From the IMG/VR virus record IMGVR_UViG_3300037467_002622: 64,000 nucleotides of DNA. One strand, given 5' to 3'. The notes under the pieces are model-generated. The model was not told the origin of the DNA. It did no database searches and saw only the letters and a list, made by a program, of their open reading frames with translations. The position numbers and the translations under genes were made by a program. Position 1 is the stretch's first letter. The number at the start of each line of letters is the position of its first letter. The DNA is from an uncultured virus (IMG/VR IMGVR_UViG_3300037467_002622). Its lineage: Duplodnaviria > Heunggongvirae > Uroviricota > Caudoviricetes. This document shows positions 53,644-62,494 of the stretch, piece by piece.

Positions 53644-54171
53644 TCAGGCCTGCTTGCGGGCCTCGCCCTCGGTGATGTTCACGGTCGCGATGTCGCCCGC
53701 GACGACGTCCACCGCGTGGGTGATCGTCAGCTCGCCGAGGGTGATCGTGCCGACCGCCGAGCCCGGCATCCCGGCGACGACCGTGGCCTTGCGCGGGTCT
53801 TCGTTGAACGTCCGGTAGGTGAAGACGCTCTCGTCCGAGCTGGTGAACGTCGGGTTGTCGGTGTCGTCACCGACGCGGTCGAGGACCTCCGCGCCCTTCG
53901 CGTCGGCGGCGGTGAGGACGATGTCGAACTCTTCGTCGTCGTGGATCTGGGCCATGGCGCTACCAGCCTTTCCGGTGGGTTCCAGGGTGTTCTGCTTCAC
54001 GATGGGGCCGAAGGTCACCGACGCCGTAGCCGGGCCGGTGAGGAAGGCGTAGAAGCGGACCGCCGTGGCGAGTACCGCGTTCCTGCTCTCCTCGAACTGC
54101 ACGTCACCGAACGACTCGGCGTGCAGCTTCACGGCCTCGGTCAGGGCCAGCGCCCGTTCCGGGTTCACCAT
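53644..54171 (-). CDS. hypothetical protein with Ig-like C-terminal domain
   Basis: Isolated reverse gene; DAKG..FTSSDESV..ATVVAG.PGSA beta-rich. Confidence 0.6.
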   Translation of the reverse strand: MVNPERALALTEAVKLHAESFGDVQFEESRNAVLATAVRFYAFLTGPATASVTFGPIVKQNTLEPTGKAGSAMAQIHDDEEFDIVLTAADAKGAEVLDRVGDDTDNPTFTSSDESVFTYRTFNEDPRKATVVAGMPGSAVGTITLGELTITHAVDVVAGDIATVNITEGEARKQA

Positions 54172-54237
54172 GCTGGCGTTGCCCCCTCGGTTCCTGAGCG
54201 ATGCTCGAACGATCGACAGCCTAGCTGGCCGGGGGAC

Positions 54238-54267
54238 TTGCGACATCCCTACCCATTCGGGTAGTGT
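54238..54267 (+). promoter_or_regulatory. Promoter/operator copy 25
   Basis: TTGCGA-N18-TAGTGT; CTACCCATTCGGGTAG. Confidence 0.85.
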
Positions 54268-54296
54268 TAGGGGACCACCGCACCGGAGGAGGCCAC

Positions 54297-55034
54297 ATGG
54301 GCTGCGACATCCACATCTACGTCGAGAAGAAGATCGGCGACACCTGGTACCCGCTCACCCCGCCCCAGCACAACCCGTACTACGAGCCCGGCGACGAGGA
54401 AGAGGGCGGTCCCTGGAGCCAGCCGCTGACCCTCGACCACCGCGACTACGACATCGGCCGGAACTACCGGGTCTTCTCGATGCTCGCGGGTGTGCGTAAC
54501 GGCCACGGCTTCGCGGGGATCAAGACCGGCGAGCCGATCACCCCGATCTCCGAGCCGCGCGGCCTGCCGGACGATGTCTGCGCCGAGATCAAGGAGATCT
54601 CCGACGCCTGGGACATCGACGGCCACAGCCACTCGCACTTCACGCTGGCCGAGCTGGACGCGGTGCCCTGGAAGCAGAACGAGATCCACAGCTGCGGCTG
54701 GGTCGACGCGGCGCAGTTCCAGGTCTGGGAGAAGGAGGGCCAGCCCCAGCAGTGGTGCGGCGACATGACCGGCGACTCGGTCGTGAAGATCCCCAACGAC
54801 GAGATGCGGGCCATGCTCGCGCTCGAAGGGGCCGACCTGGAGCTGCCGGACAACCCCTACTTCGGGTTCGCGAAGCTCAACGGGACCACGTTCCTCACCC
54901 AGGTCGAGTGGTCGAACAGCTGGGCCGAGATCGCCGGAGAGCTGCTGGCCAGCATGGAGAAGCTGCGCGCGGCAGGCGCCGCCGAGGGCTTCGGGCCGGG
55001 CCAGCTCCGGTACACCTTCTGGTTCGACAACTGA
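54297..55034 (+). CDS. conserved phage protein (MGCDIH...FWFDN type)
   Basis: MGCDIH.YVE, RNY..F..LAGVRN, PRGLP.D, HSHS..TL.EL, FWFDN. Confidence 0.8.
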   Translation: MGCDIHIYVEKKIGDTWYPLTPPQHNPYYEPGDEEEGGPWSQPLTLDHRDYDIGRNYRVFSMLAGVRNGHGFAGIKTGEPITPISEPRGLPDDVCAEIKEISDAWDIDGHSHSHFTLAELDAVPWKQNEIHSCGWVDAAQFQVWEKEGQPQQWCGDMTGDSVVKIPNDEMRAMLALEGADLELPDNPYFGFAKLNGTTFLTQVEWSNSWAEIAGELLASMEKLRAAGAAEGFGPGQLRYTFWFDN

Positions 55035-55132
55035 TCTTCCTTCATCCGGGATCCCCCACGCTGCTGGAACAGCGTCCCGGAGGTTGAGGGCCCGCGTCTG
55101 CTTGGGCGAGACGGCGCGGGCCCTCCCGCTAC

Positions 55133-55161
55133 TTGCGCAGCACTACCCGATCGGGTAGGGT
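55133..55161 (+). promoter_or_regulatory. Promoter/operator copy 26
   Basis: TTGCGC-N17-TAGGGT; perfect palindrome CTACCCGATCGGGTAG. Confidence 0.9.
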
Positions 55162-56117
55162 GGGCTCTACCAACAACGGACCGCACCGGAGGTCAAGATC
55201 ATGAGCGTGGACTTCAGCGTCGAGAGCACCACCTTCGACCACGACCCCGTCTGGGAGGCCGCGCCCAGCATGAACCTGGCGAACGGCAACGCGGGCTCGC
55301 TCCTGGAGGTGCTCGGTTTCCCGACCGACCCGTGGAACCTGCCGGAGGACTTCGAGTTCCCGACGGGCCACGACATGCTCGGCCGGGTGCTGCTCGCCCT
55401 CGGTGTCGCGCCGAAGGACGAGGGGATGGACTGGGTGCCGGACGCGGAGAACCCGCGCTGGCAGGGCAACCTGCGCCGGTCCGGCTACACCCAGGACAAG
55501 CTCAGCGAGATGCACGCGCTCGCGGAGTACGCGATCGCCCACGACCGCCGGATCACCTGGGGCTGATCAACCGGCCGGGACGGATTCACCGTCCCGGCCT
55601 TCTTCCTGAAAGGATCCGCCCATGATCGCCATCAACATCATCTTCGACGGCCCGCCCGGACCGGATGGTCCGCGTTTCGTCGAGGTCGAGGACGACCAGG
55701 GCAACAGCATCCGGATCGGCGACTGGGCCGAGTACCAGCCCGAGGGCTACGAGCACGAGGGGTTCTGGAAGCTCCGGATCTCCCTGGCCGAGCTGAAGGC
55801 GCTGGACGCTACCACCGAATTGCCCGAGGAGTGCTGATGACGAACGTCGTGGGGTTCGCCTGGCGGACCGAGGACTACTGCCCGCGCTGCACGCTGGAGG
55901 CCATGGGGATGGCGACCACCGGCCCCGTGCGCTACGGCGCGGTCCTGGAGAGTGAGATCGATCTCTGGGCCGAGGAGAACGGCCTCACGCACATGCGCGA
56001 GACCACCGAGGTCCCCCAGCCGATCCTCGACACCGACGACGCGCTGGACAACGACGGGCGCCCGCGTACCTGCTGCCGGTGCCACGAGCAGCTGATCGAA
56101 ATCGACGAGGAGCAATC

Positions 56118-56582
56118 ATGATCGAAGTAGTGCTGGCCGCCGACGCGGTGGTCTTCCACGAGGACGGCGACTTCCGCTACTCGCTGTTGCTGATCCAGCG
56201 CCAGGACGACGGCTCCTGGGCCCTACCGGGCGGCTGCGTGGAGGTGGACCTCTACGAGCCGGTCGAGGACGCCTGCGAGCGTGAGCTGGCCGAGGAGACC
56301 GGCCTGGTGGTCCCGTTCGCGAGCAACAACTGGATCCCGCTGTTGCCGCGCTCGGCGCCGGACCGCGACCCCCGTGGCCGGTACGTCAGCTTCCCCTTCA
56401 CCCTGCTGCTGACCGGCCAGCGGCCGCCGGTGCGGGGCGCGGACGACGCCCTGGTGGCCGAATGGGTGCCGCTGCACGAGGTGGAGCTGGACGATCTGGC
56501 CTTCGACCACGGCGACATCGTGCGCGCGGCCGCGCTGAGCCACGGCCTGAGCCACCTCACCTGGAAGACGGGGCTTGTGTGA
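56118..56582 (+). CDS. Nudix hydrolase (NrtR/ADP-ribose pyrophosphatase-like)
   Basis: WALPGG.VE...E...AC.RELAEETGL Nudix box; RDPRG; LAFDH. Confidence 0.9.
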   Translation: MIEVVLAADAVVFHEDGDFRYSLLLIQRQDDGSWALPGGCVEVDLYEPVEDACERELAEETGLVVPFASNNWIPLLPRSAPDRDPRGRYVSFPFTLLLTGQRPPVRGADDALVAEWVPLHEVELDDLAFDHGDIVRAAALSHGLSHLTWKTGLV

Positions 56583-56603
56583 CCCTACCCGTTCGGGTAG
56601 TAT
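56575..56603 (+). promoter_or_regulatory. Promoter/operator copy 27
   Basis: TTGTGT-N17-TAGTAT; CTACCCGTTCGGGTAG. Confidence 0.85.
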
Positions 56604-56645
56604 CTTCTTCATCGACACCGAGCCCCGCACCGGAGGAGGCCCCCG

Positions 56646-56810
56646 ATGAAGAGCATCCCGCTGATCGACGGCGACGAGGTCGACGCCCTGGCCCCGGCCC
56701 GCAAGCGCTCGACCTACCGCCCCGGCGTCCGCAAGGCGATCAAGGGCAAGATCGCGCGCCGGGGTCGCCACGCGGCGCGCCGGGACCTCCGTCAGGGCCG
56801 CTTCGAGTGA
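56646..56810 (+). CDS. small basic protein (54 aa)
   Basis: MKSIPLIDGDEVDAL..RPGVRKAIK..RR; follows leader box. Confidence 0.7.
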   Translation: MKSIPLIDGDEVDALAPARKRSTYRPGVRKAIKGKIARRGRHAARRDLRQGRFE

Positions 56811-57552
56811 CCGTCAGCCCCCGCTCCGGCGGGGGCTTCCCACTGAGGAGACATCGTGTCCACCAACTTCTACCTGCACCGCGATCCGCAGAACTGTGGC
56901 GAGTGCGGCAAGCCCGGCCGCGAGGCCGAGATCCACATCGGCAAGCGCTCGGGCGGCTGGGTCTTCGTCTGGCAGGGCTTCAACGGAGGGGACATCCCCG
57001 ACGTCCCCGCACTGTTCGACGAGTCCACCTGGCACAAGTTCCTCTTGACCGAGGTCAGCCAGGGCGCCCAGATCAAGGACGAGTACGGCCAGAAGTACAC
57101 GTCGGAGGGCTTCCTCATCCAGGTCGCCGAGCAGCGCGGCTTGAAGCGCCAGAGCGTGGAGTACCCGGACGCGGGCTTCGCGCCGGTCGGCCCGGACGAG
57201 GTGCACTACGGGACGTGGTTCTGATGCGCACCGTGATCCGGATCCTCGACGCCGAGCTGGACGGGCTCCGGCTGGACTGCGAGGACACCGCGCGTGTGCA
57301 TGTCTGGTGCACGACGCCCGGGTCCCGGCGGGCCTTCCTGACCTCCGGCGAGCCGCTCATGGAGTTCATGGCCTGGGCGCCGGAGGACTACAGCTCGGCG
57401 AACGTGGCCAGCCTGGTCGGCCTGCGGTTCATGGCCGAGTTCGACGAGCCCGCCGCCGAGCCTCCGCCGGGCGAGCGGATCGAGCTGCGCAACATCTCGT
57501 TCCCCAGCCCGATCCCGGCCAACTGGCTCTCCGGCTCCAGCGTGGAGGAGGC

Positions 57553-58044
57553 ATGACGAAGAAGCAGGGTCGCGGCGACCGCCTGAAGTACGCCGCCTCG
57601 ATCGCCGGATTCGCCGCGCTCGGCGGCATCCCGCTGTCCGCCTGCGATGGTGCCTGGGACACCGCCAGCGCGCCGGATGCGCAGTACGGCCTGGTCTGCG
57701 TCTCGCACGACACCGGCAACCGCGTGGACGACGACCAGTGCCCCGAGGACCGGATCGGCGACGACGGGTTCTACGACGGCGGCCCGCACGGGTCGTACGC
57801 GACCTGGTACCCGATCATCTCGACCTACGACGTCCCGGCCGTCGGCGCGCATGTGAACAACACCCCGCCGCTGCGGGTGGCCAAGGGCGCTCCGATCGCG
57901 CGCGGCGTGCCGACGACGGGCGCCTCGGCGAAGTCCGGCGGCATGACCTCGATCCAGCGCGGTGGCTTCGGTGTGAAGTCGGGCTCCGTCGGTGGCAAGG
58001 CCGGAGCGGGTGCGGCGGCCAAGGGCGGAAGCGGAGGCAGCTGA
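57553..58044 (+). CDS. lipoprotein with Gly-rich tail
   Basis: LSA-C lipobox; CV...RVDDDQC; RGGFG tail. Confidence 0.7.
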   Translation: MTKKQGRGDRLKYAASIAGFAALGGIPLSACDGAWDTASAPDAQYGLVCVSHDTGNRVDDDQCPEDRIGDDGFYDGGPHGSYATWYPIISTYDVPAVGAHVNNTPPLRVAKGAPIARGVPTTGASAKSGGMTSIQRGGFGVKSGSVGGKAGAGAAAKGGSGGS

Positions 58045-58455
58045 TGGAGGGGGAGAAGGGCGAGGACTCGTCATGACCGTCTCGACGCAGCCGCATATGC
58101 GACTGGAGGGTGAGATCCCGGTCCCCTGCGGCTGCCAGCTGGGTTACCACCATCACCCCGATGGGGCGCCCTTGATCGAGCACCACGAGGACGGCGAGGT
58201 CATCCGAGACCTGGGCCGTCACCCGTACTGCGTGGGCGTGTGCAAGTACTGGGGCACGCCGACCGAGGAGTTCGACTTCCGGCTGGTGACCGGCGCCCGG
58301 CTCTCCGAGCGTCGCGTCGCAACCGGCTACGAGATCACCGACTACACCGTCCCCGAGGCTCCCACCGTCTCGTGGGACAACGATCCCATCTCGGCCTGCG
58401 AGAAGGTGGGACTCGTCCGCCTGGCCGTCTGGAAGCGAAAGGAGCGGTGACGCTC

Positions 58456-58794
58456 ATGGACCCCCTAACCCTCATCGTCGGCGCGCTGCTCGCGCTCGTG
58501 TTCTTCGCCCTCGGGCGCATGAGCGGGCGTCGGCAGGCGATCGCCAGTGGACAGGCTCCACCGCCGCCACCGAAGCCCATCTGCGGTTGCACGCACGGCC
58601 TGCACGAGCACGACCTGGAGGGCGGCAAGTGCCACGCCGAGATCAAGAAGTGGGCGGGCCAGCACCGCGACAAGCGCGGTGAGCTGTGGGACAACTACAA
58701 GTTCGTCACATGCGGCTGCCGTCGGTACACCGGCCCGATCCCGGCCGAGGAGTACCTGGCCCAGCAGCTGCTCCCGCCGGTTGAGGGGGTCTGA
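58456..58794 (+). CDS. membrane-anchored Cys/His Zn-binding protein (paralog A)
   Basis: TM + P.CGC.HGL..H..GKCH..C.C..Y.GP.P. Confidence 0.75.
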   Translation: MDPLTLIVGALLALVFFALGRMSGRRQAIASGQAPPPPPKPICGCTHGLHEHDLEGGKCHAEIKKWAGQHRDKRGELWDNYKFVTCGCRRYTGPIPAEEYLAQQLLPPVEGV

Positions 58795-58796
58795 TC

Positions 58797-59114
58797 ATGG
58801 AGACCCTCATCCTGCTCGGCGGCTCGGCGGGCGTCGGCACGATCCTCTTCGTCGTCGGCTTCCTGCTCGGCCGCGTCAGCCCGAAACCCGTATCGCGGCC
58901 GCCCCAGCCGGTCTGCGGCTGCGACCACGGTCTCAACATGCACGGGACCGACGGCAAGTGCCACGAGATCGACATGATCCCCGTGAACTGGGACACCTAC
59001 GGTCGCGCGAACCAGTGGAACGAATACCCCTGCACCTGCCAGAAGTACGTCGGCCCGAAGCCGGTCGAGGAACTGTTCACCACCCCGATCCTGCCGCCGG
59101 AGGTCCAGTCATGA
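58797..59114 (+). CDS. membrane-anchored Cys/His Zn-binding protein (paralog B)
   Basis: Same motif as previous gene. Confidence 0.75.
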   Translation: METLILLGGSAGVGTILFVVGFLLGRVSPKPVSRPPQPVCGCDHGLNMHGTDGKCHEIDMIPVNWDTYGRANQWNEYPCTCQKYVGPKPVEELFTTPILPPEVQS

Positions 59115-59339
59115 GACTGATCGAGATCGACTGGGACCCGGAGGCCCACTGGTACACCGTGCGGGCCCGAGCTGACGAGAGCCAGCCCTGGGGCCATTTC
59201 GACGGCCCCGAGGAGGACGTGGACATCCTGCTGTCGCTGGCCCGGGACACGATGACCGGCGGCTGATGTAGCCCTATCCGATCGGGCAGGTTGTGACGAT
59301 CACCGGGCTGGACAGCCGCACTACCCGTTCTGATATGGT

Positions 59340-59457
59340 GGTGGAGCAGTTGGCGATCAGGTCGTAGTCAGGGCCCCCGGCCCAGGGTGCAACTCAGTCG
59401 ACAGCTGCAACCTGAAACCCCCGGTCACACCTCCTAGAGGATGTGGTCGGGGGTTTC
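59340..59457 (+). ncRNA. candidate small structured RNA
   Basis: ORF-less interval between a promoter-like TGGACA..TATGGT with an operator half-site and a strong hairpin 59414-59457; internal stem GCAGTTGGCGA/TCGACAGCTGC. Confidence 0.3.
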
Positions 59458-59536
59458 TGGCGTTCGTAACGGTCTCGCCCACTTTCCCCGGAATCTCGCG
59501 ATAGCCGTGCGAGAGACAGCCGAGATCAAGGTGTGC

Positions 59537-59565
59537 TTGCGCCCTACCCGTTTGGGTAGTATCGT
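59537..59565 (+). promoter_or_regulatory. Promoter/operator copy 28
   Basis: TTGCGC-N17-TATCGT; CTACCCGTTTGGGTAG. Confidence 0.85.
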
Positions 59566-59605
59566 CGACTCCATCACGGATCCCCTGCCGCACTGGAGGC
59601 GCCTG

Positions 59606-60298
59606 ATGTGGGACATCATCCTCGACATCTTCCTGTTCATCGCGGGGCTGGCCATCGGCCGCGTTTACGCCCTGATCGCCGTCGCTGCTTGGCGGGCTTT
59701 CACCGCCCGGAACCTCGACCGCGTGCGCGTGGGGGCCGATGTGGTTGCCCTGCTCTGGCCGGTCAGCACGCCGGTGCTGAAGGTCTACGACCTCGTCACG
59801 ACCAGCGGTGAGAACGTCTTCATGAGCGACGAGACCTACGGCCATGTTGTCCGGAACACGGCCTACGCGTCCGAGCGCGACCGCGAGGCCGCGATCGCGC
59901 AGGCGCACGCCGAGTGGCAGGCCCGGGTGAACTACTTCTACGCGCTGGGCGCCAAGGCCGAGGAGGCCGGAGACTGGCTGGCCGGAGAGCGCGTCGCCGA
60001 GAACCTCGACTTCTTGCTGGAGACGGAGCCACCCAAGCCCAAGGTGGAGGCGGTCAGCGTCACGTCGGCGAAGCCCCCGGCCATCAAGGTCGAGCGCAAG
60101 GTCAAGAAGGCCGACATGGAAGAGCTGTGGACCCGGATCGAGCGCAAGGCCGAGATCTACCGGCGTGAGACCGTCCGTCCCGAGACCTACTTCTGCAACG
60201 TCTGCACCGGGGAGCTGAAGGCGGCGAAGTTCGAGTTGTGGAAGGTCGCCGGGATCTGCGACCCCTGCTTCACCGAGATCCACAAGGGAGACCAGTGA
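59606..60298 (+). CDS. membrane-anchored hypothetical protein with C-terminal CxxC pairs
   Basis: Follows leader box. Confidence 0.7.
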   Translation: MWDIILDIFLFIAGLAIGRVYALIAVAAWRAFTARNLDRVRVGADVVALLWPVSTPVLKVYDLVTTSGENVFMSDETYGHVVRNTAYASERDREAAIAQAHAEWQARVNYFYALGAKAEEAGDWLAGERVAENLDFLLETEPPKPKVEAVSVTSAKPPAIKVERKVKKADMEELWTRIERKAEIYRRETVRPETYFCNVCTGELKAAKFELWKVAGICDPCFTEIHKGDQ

Positions 60299-61402
60299 GT
60301 ACTGATCGTTTCTGCAATGCGGTGAGCCGAAAGGGGCTGCTCTGCGACTTCCGCGAGCACCCCGGCCAGGTCCACTGGACCTGGATCAACGGCTGGCCGA
60401 CGCCGTGGATGTTGATCCCCGAGCCCTGGCGCAACCAAGCCGCCAACGAAGACCCCCTGCGAGACGCGCCCGGCGCCTTGCGTGAGATCGATCTGGGAGC
60501 CCGAGATGACGACCGCCGAGGTTTGTCCGAACCCCAAGACCCACTACCCGACCCAGGGACACGCTGAAGCGGTCCTGGAGCGGATCCTGAGAGACCCGGA
60601 CCCGTGGCGAGACCACAACCCCTGCCGGGTGATCGAGTGCGAGCACTGTGACGACTGGGTGCTCACCAGCCTGAAGAAGAGCCCGAAGCGCGAACAGCCG
60701 TTGGTCAGGCGCAAGCCCGCTCAGCGCGGCCGCCGGAGCTGGTCCGGCGGCGGTCGCAAGACGAAGTTCTGAGACGAGACGAGGAGACCGAGATGAAGCT
60801 GCTGGACCCCTTGCGCCACCTGTTCACCTATCGGACCCGGGGCCGGTACGTCGTGCTCATGGCCACCTGCCAGGACCGTCACGCGCTGGTCCTGCTGATG
60901 GTCCTGCACCGGGGGATCTCCTACGAGGTCTACAACTCGATGCACGCCAGCCGGGAGCCGGTGCAGTTCGACCACTACGAGCCCGCCCTGCGGTACATGT
61001 TCCCGCGCTCGATCGAGGCGGCCCAGACGCCGGAGAACCAGCGCCTGCGCCGCTGGGCCCAGGGGAACGCCGAGGACGAGCTGATCTTCCGGGGCGAGAT
61101 CGCCGCCCCCTTCCGCCCACGCGCGGGCGGCGAGGAGCAGAGCGACGAGCACCTGAAGACCGCGATCATCGCTCTGGGTGGTGTCGGTACCGACCGGGCG
61201 GCCGCGCTGGCCATGGAGATCCACCGGGGGATGGAGCGCCGCCGCAAGGAGCTGCCGTGAAGGCCACCTGCCGCCTCTGCGGGATGCCCTTCGAGGGCGA
61301 GCCCGCCGTGGTGCGCGAAGAAGTCGCCGAGCACTTCACGCGCGGCGAGCACCTGCCCGCCGGGACCCGCTGGCCCTTCCGCGAAGAGGACCGGCCAAGC
61401 TG

Positions 61403-61443
61403 TTGCCCTACCTGAACGAGTAGACTACCCTTCTGGGTAGTAT
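61403..61443 (+). promoter_or_regulatory. Tandem double operator (copy 29 plus degenerate copy)
   Basis: CTACCTGAACGAGTAG 61408-61423 and CTACCCTTCTGGGTAG 61425-61440. Confidence 0.8.
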
Positions 61444-61912
61444 CCGCACTGGAGGAGGAATCCTTTGCCCAGCGAAGAAATCAAGGCCGTCAAGTTCACC
61501 TGCGGCGGCTGTGGTGCCACCGCGATCGTCGAGCAGGGCGCCCGGCCCGAGGGCTACCACGGCCGCATCGAACTGGCGACCATCAAGGGTGAGACCGGCG
61601 GCGAGGTCTACGCCTGCCGCAAGGCCTGCATCCGCGCAGCGGTGCTCAACGCCACCGGCGGCAGCAACACCGACCTGCCCGAGCCCGCCGAGAGCGACGA
61701 GCCCGACTTCATCCCGGGACCGACCCGATGAGCGTCCTGCGGGTGGAGATCCGCCAGGGCAACGCCGCCTTCGCTCAGGACGCCGACCGGGAGACCGCGA
61801 GCATCCTGCGCAAGCTGGCCGACCGGATCGAGTCGGGCGACGCCTATCGCGGCGTGCTCCACGACGGCCACGGCGGCCCCTGCGGGGGATACGAGTTCAG
61901 CGAGGAGGACTG

Positions 61913-62494
61913 ATGCCTGAGGACGCCCTGTTCATGGGCCGCTACCCGGCCCGCTCGCGCGTGCGCAGCGACCTGGTGAGCACGCTGCTCGCCGGACGCC
62001 AGGAGGGCAAGACCACCCGGCTGATCGAATGGCTGCTCCAGGGCGAGCGGATCGACTCGTGGCCAAGCTGGAGCCGGGTCCTGATCGTCGCGGAGGCCCG
62101 GCAGATCGAGCCCATCCGGAGCAACTACACGGCGGCCGACCAGCAACTGCGTGAGCAGGGCTGCGTGGGCGGGCTGGGCAAGGTCGTCCTGAGCGTGGGC
62201 AGCTATTCCCTCCACCGCCTGCGGCTGTCCGACGTCGAGGTGGCGGTGGACAACGCCGAGGACCTGATCACCCAGCAGCTCGGCTTCCGGCCGGACGTGG
62301 TCTCGATGACCGGCGCTCTGTTCGGGGCTGATGTGGCCCACACACCGCGCAAGGACGCCAAGGGCGTCCTGCACCTCTGGTACCCGATCGACCGCCAGTG
62401 GGGCCACGTGGGCCGCAAGATCGGGCCCTGTGCGGACCAGGAGTGCCCGGACTTCGGCCGGGATTCGGCCGGGCATCGGCTGGAGGAACAGTGA
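61913..62494 (+). CDS. small P-loop-containing protein
   Basis: AGRQEGKTT and VAVDN. Confidence 0.5.
   Translation: MPEDALFMGRYPARSRVRSDLVSTLLAGRQEGKTTRLIEWLLQGERIDSWPSWSRVLIVAEARQIEPIRSNYTAADQQLREQGCVGGLGKVVLSVGSYSLHRLRLSDVEVAVDNAEDLITQQLGFRPDVVSMTGALFGADVAHTPRKDAKGVLHLWYPIDRQWGHVGRKIGPCADQECPDFGRDSAGHRLEEQ

Noticed and set aside
55143..55158. Operator as a host CsoR/RicR copper box or LexA SOS box
   Set aside because: RicR/CsoR boxes are TACCC-N5-RGGTA whereas the spacing here is invariably N4; the actinobacterial SOS box is TCGAAC-N4-GTTCGA; downstream genes are not metal-related
59337..59412. tRNA (GGTGGAGCAGTTGG resembles a D-arm; GGGTGCAACTC resembles a T-arm)
   Set aside because: Could not build a cloverleaf with acceptor stem and anticodon arm; kept only as a candidate sRNA
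3586..61443. Palindromic repeats as a CRISPR array
   Set aside because: Copies are 0.4-10 kb apart, separated by whole genes and degenerate; no cas genes seen
3586..61443. Repeats as integron attC sites
   Set aside because: No RYYYAAC/GTTRRRY ends or extrahelical-base pattern, no integrase in the window, and each repeat coincides with a promoter
61913..62494. Terminase or thymidine kinase
   Set aside because: Only a Walker-A-like GRQEGKT is visible; too short and lacks the other family motifs
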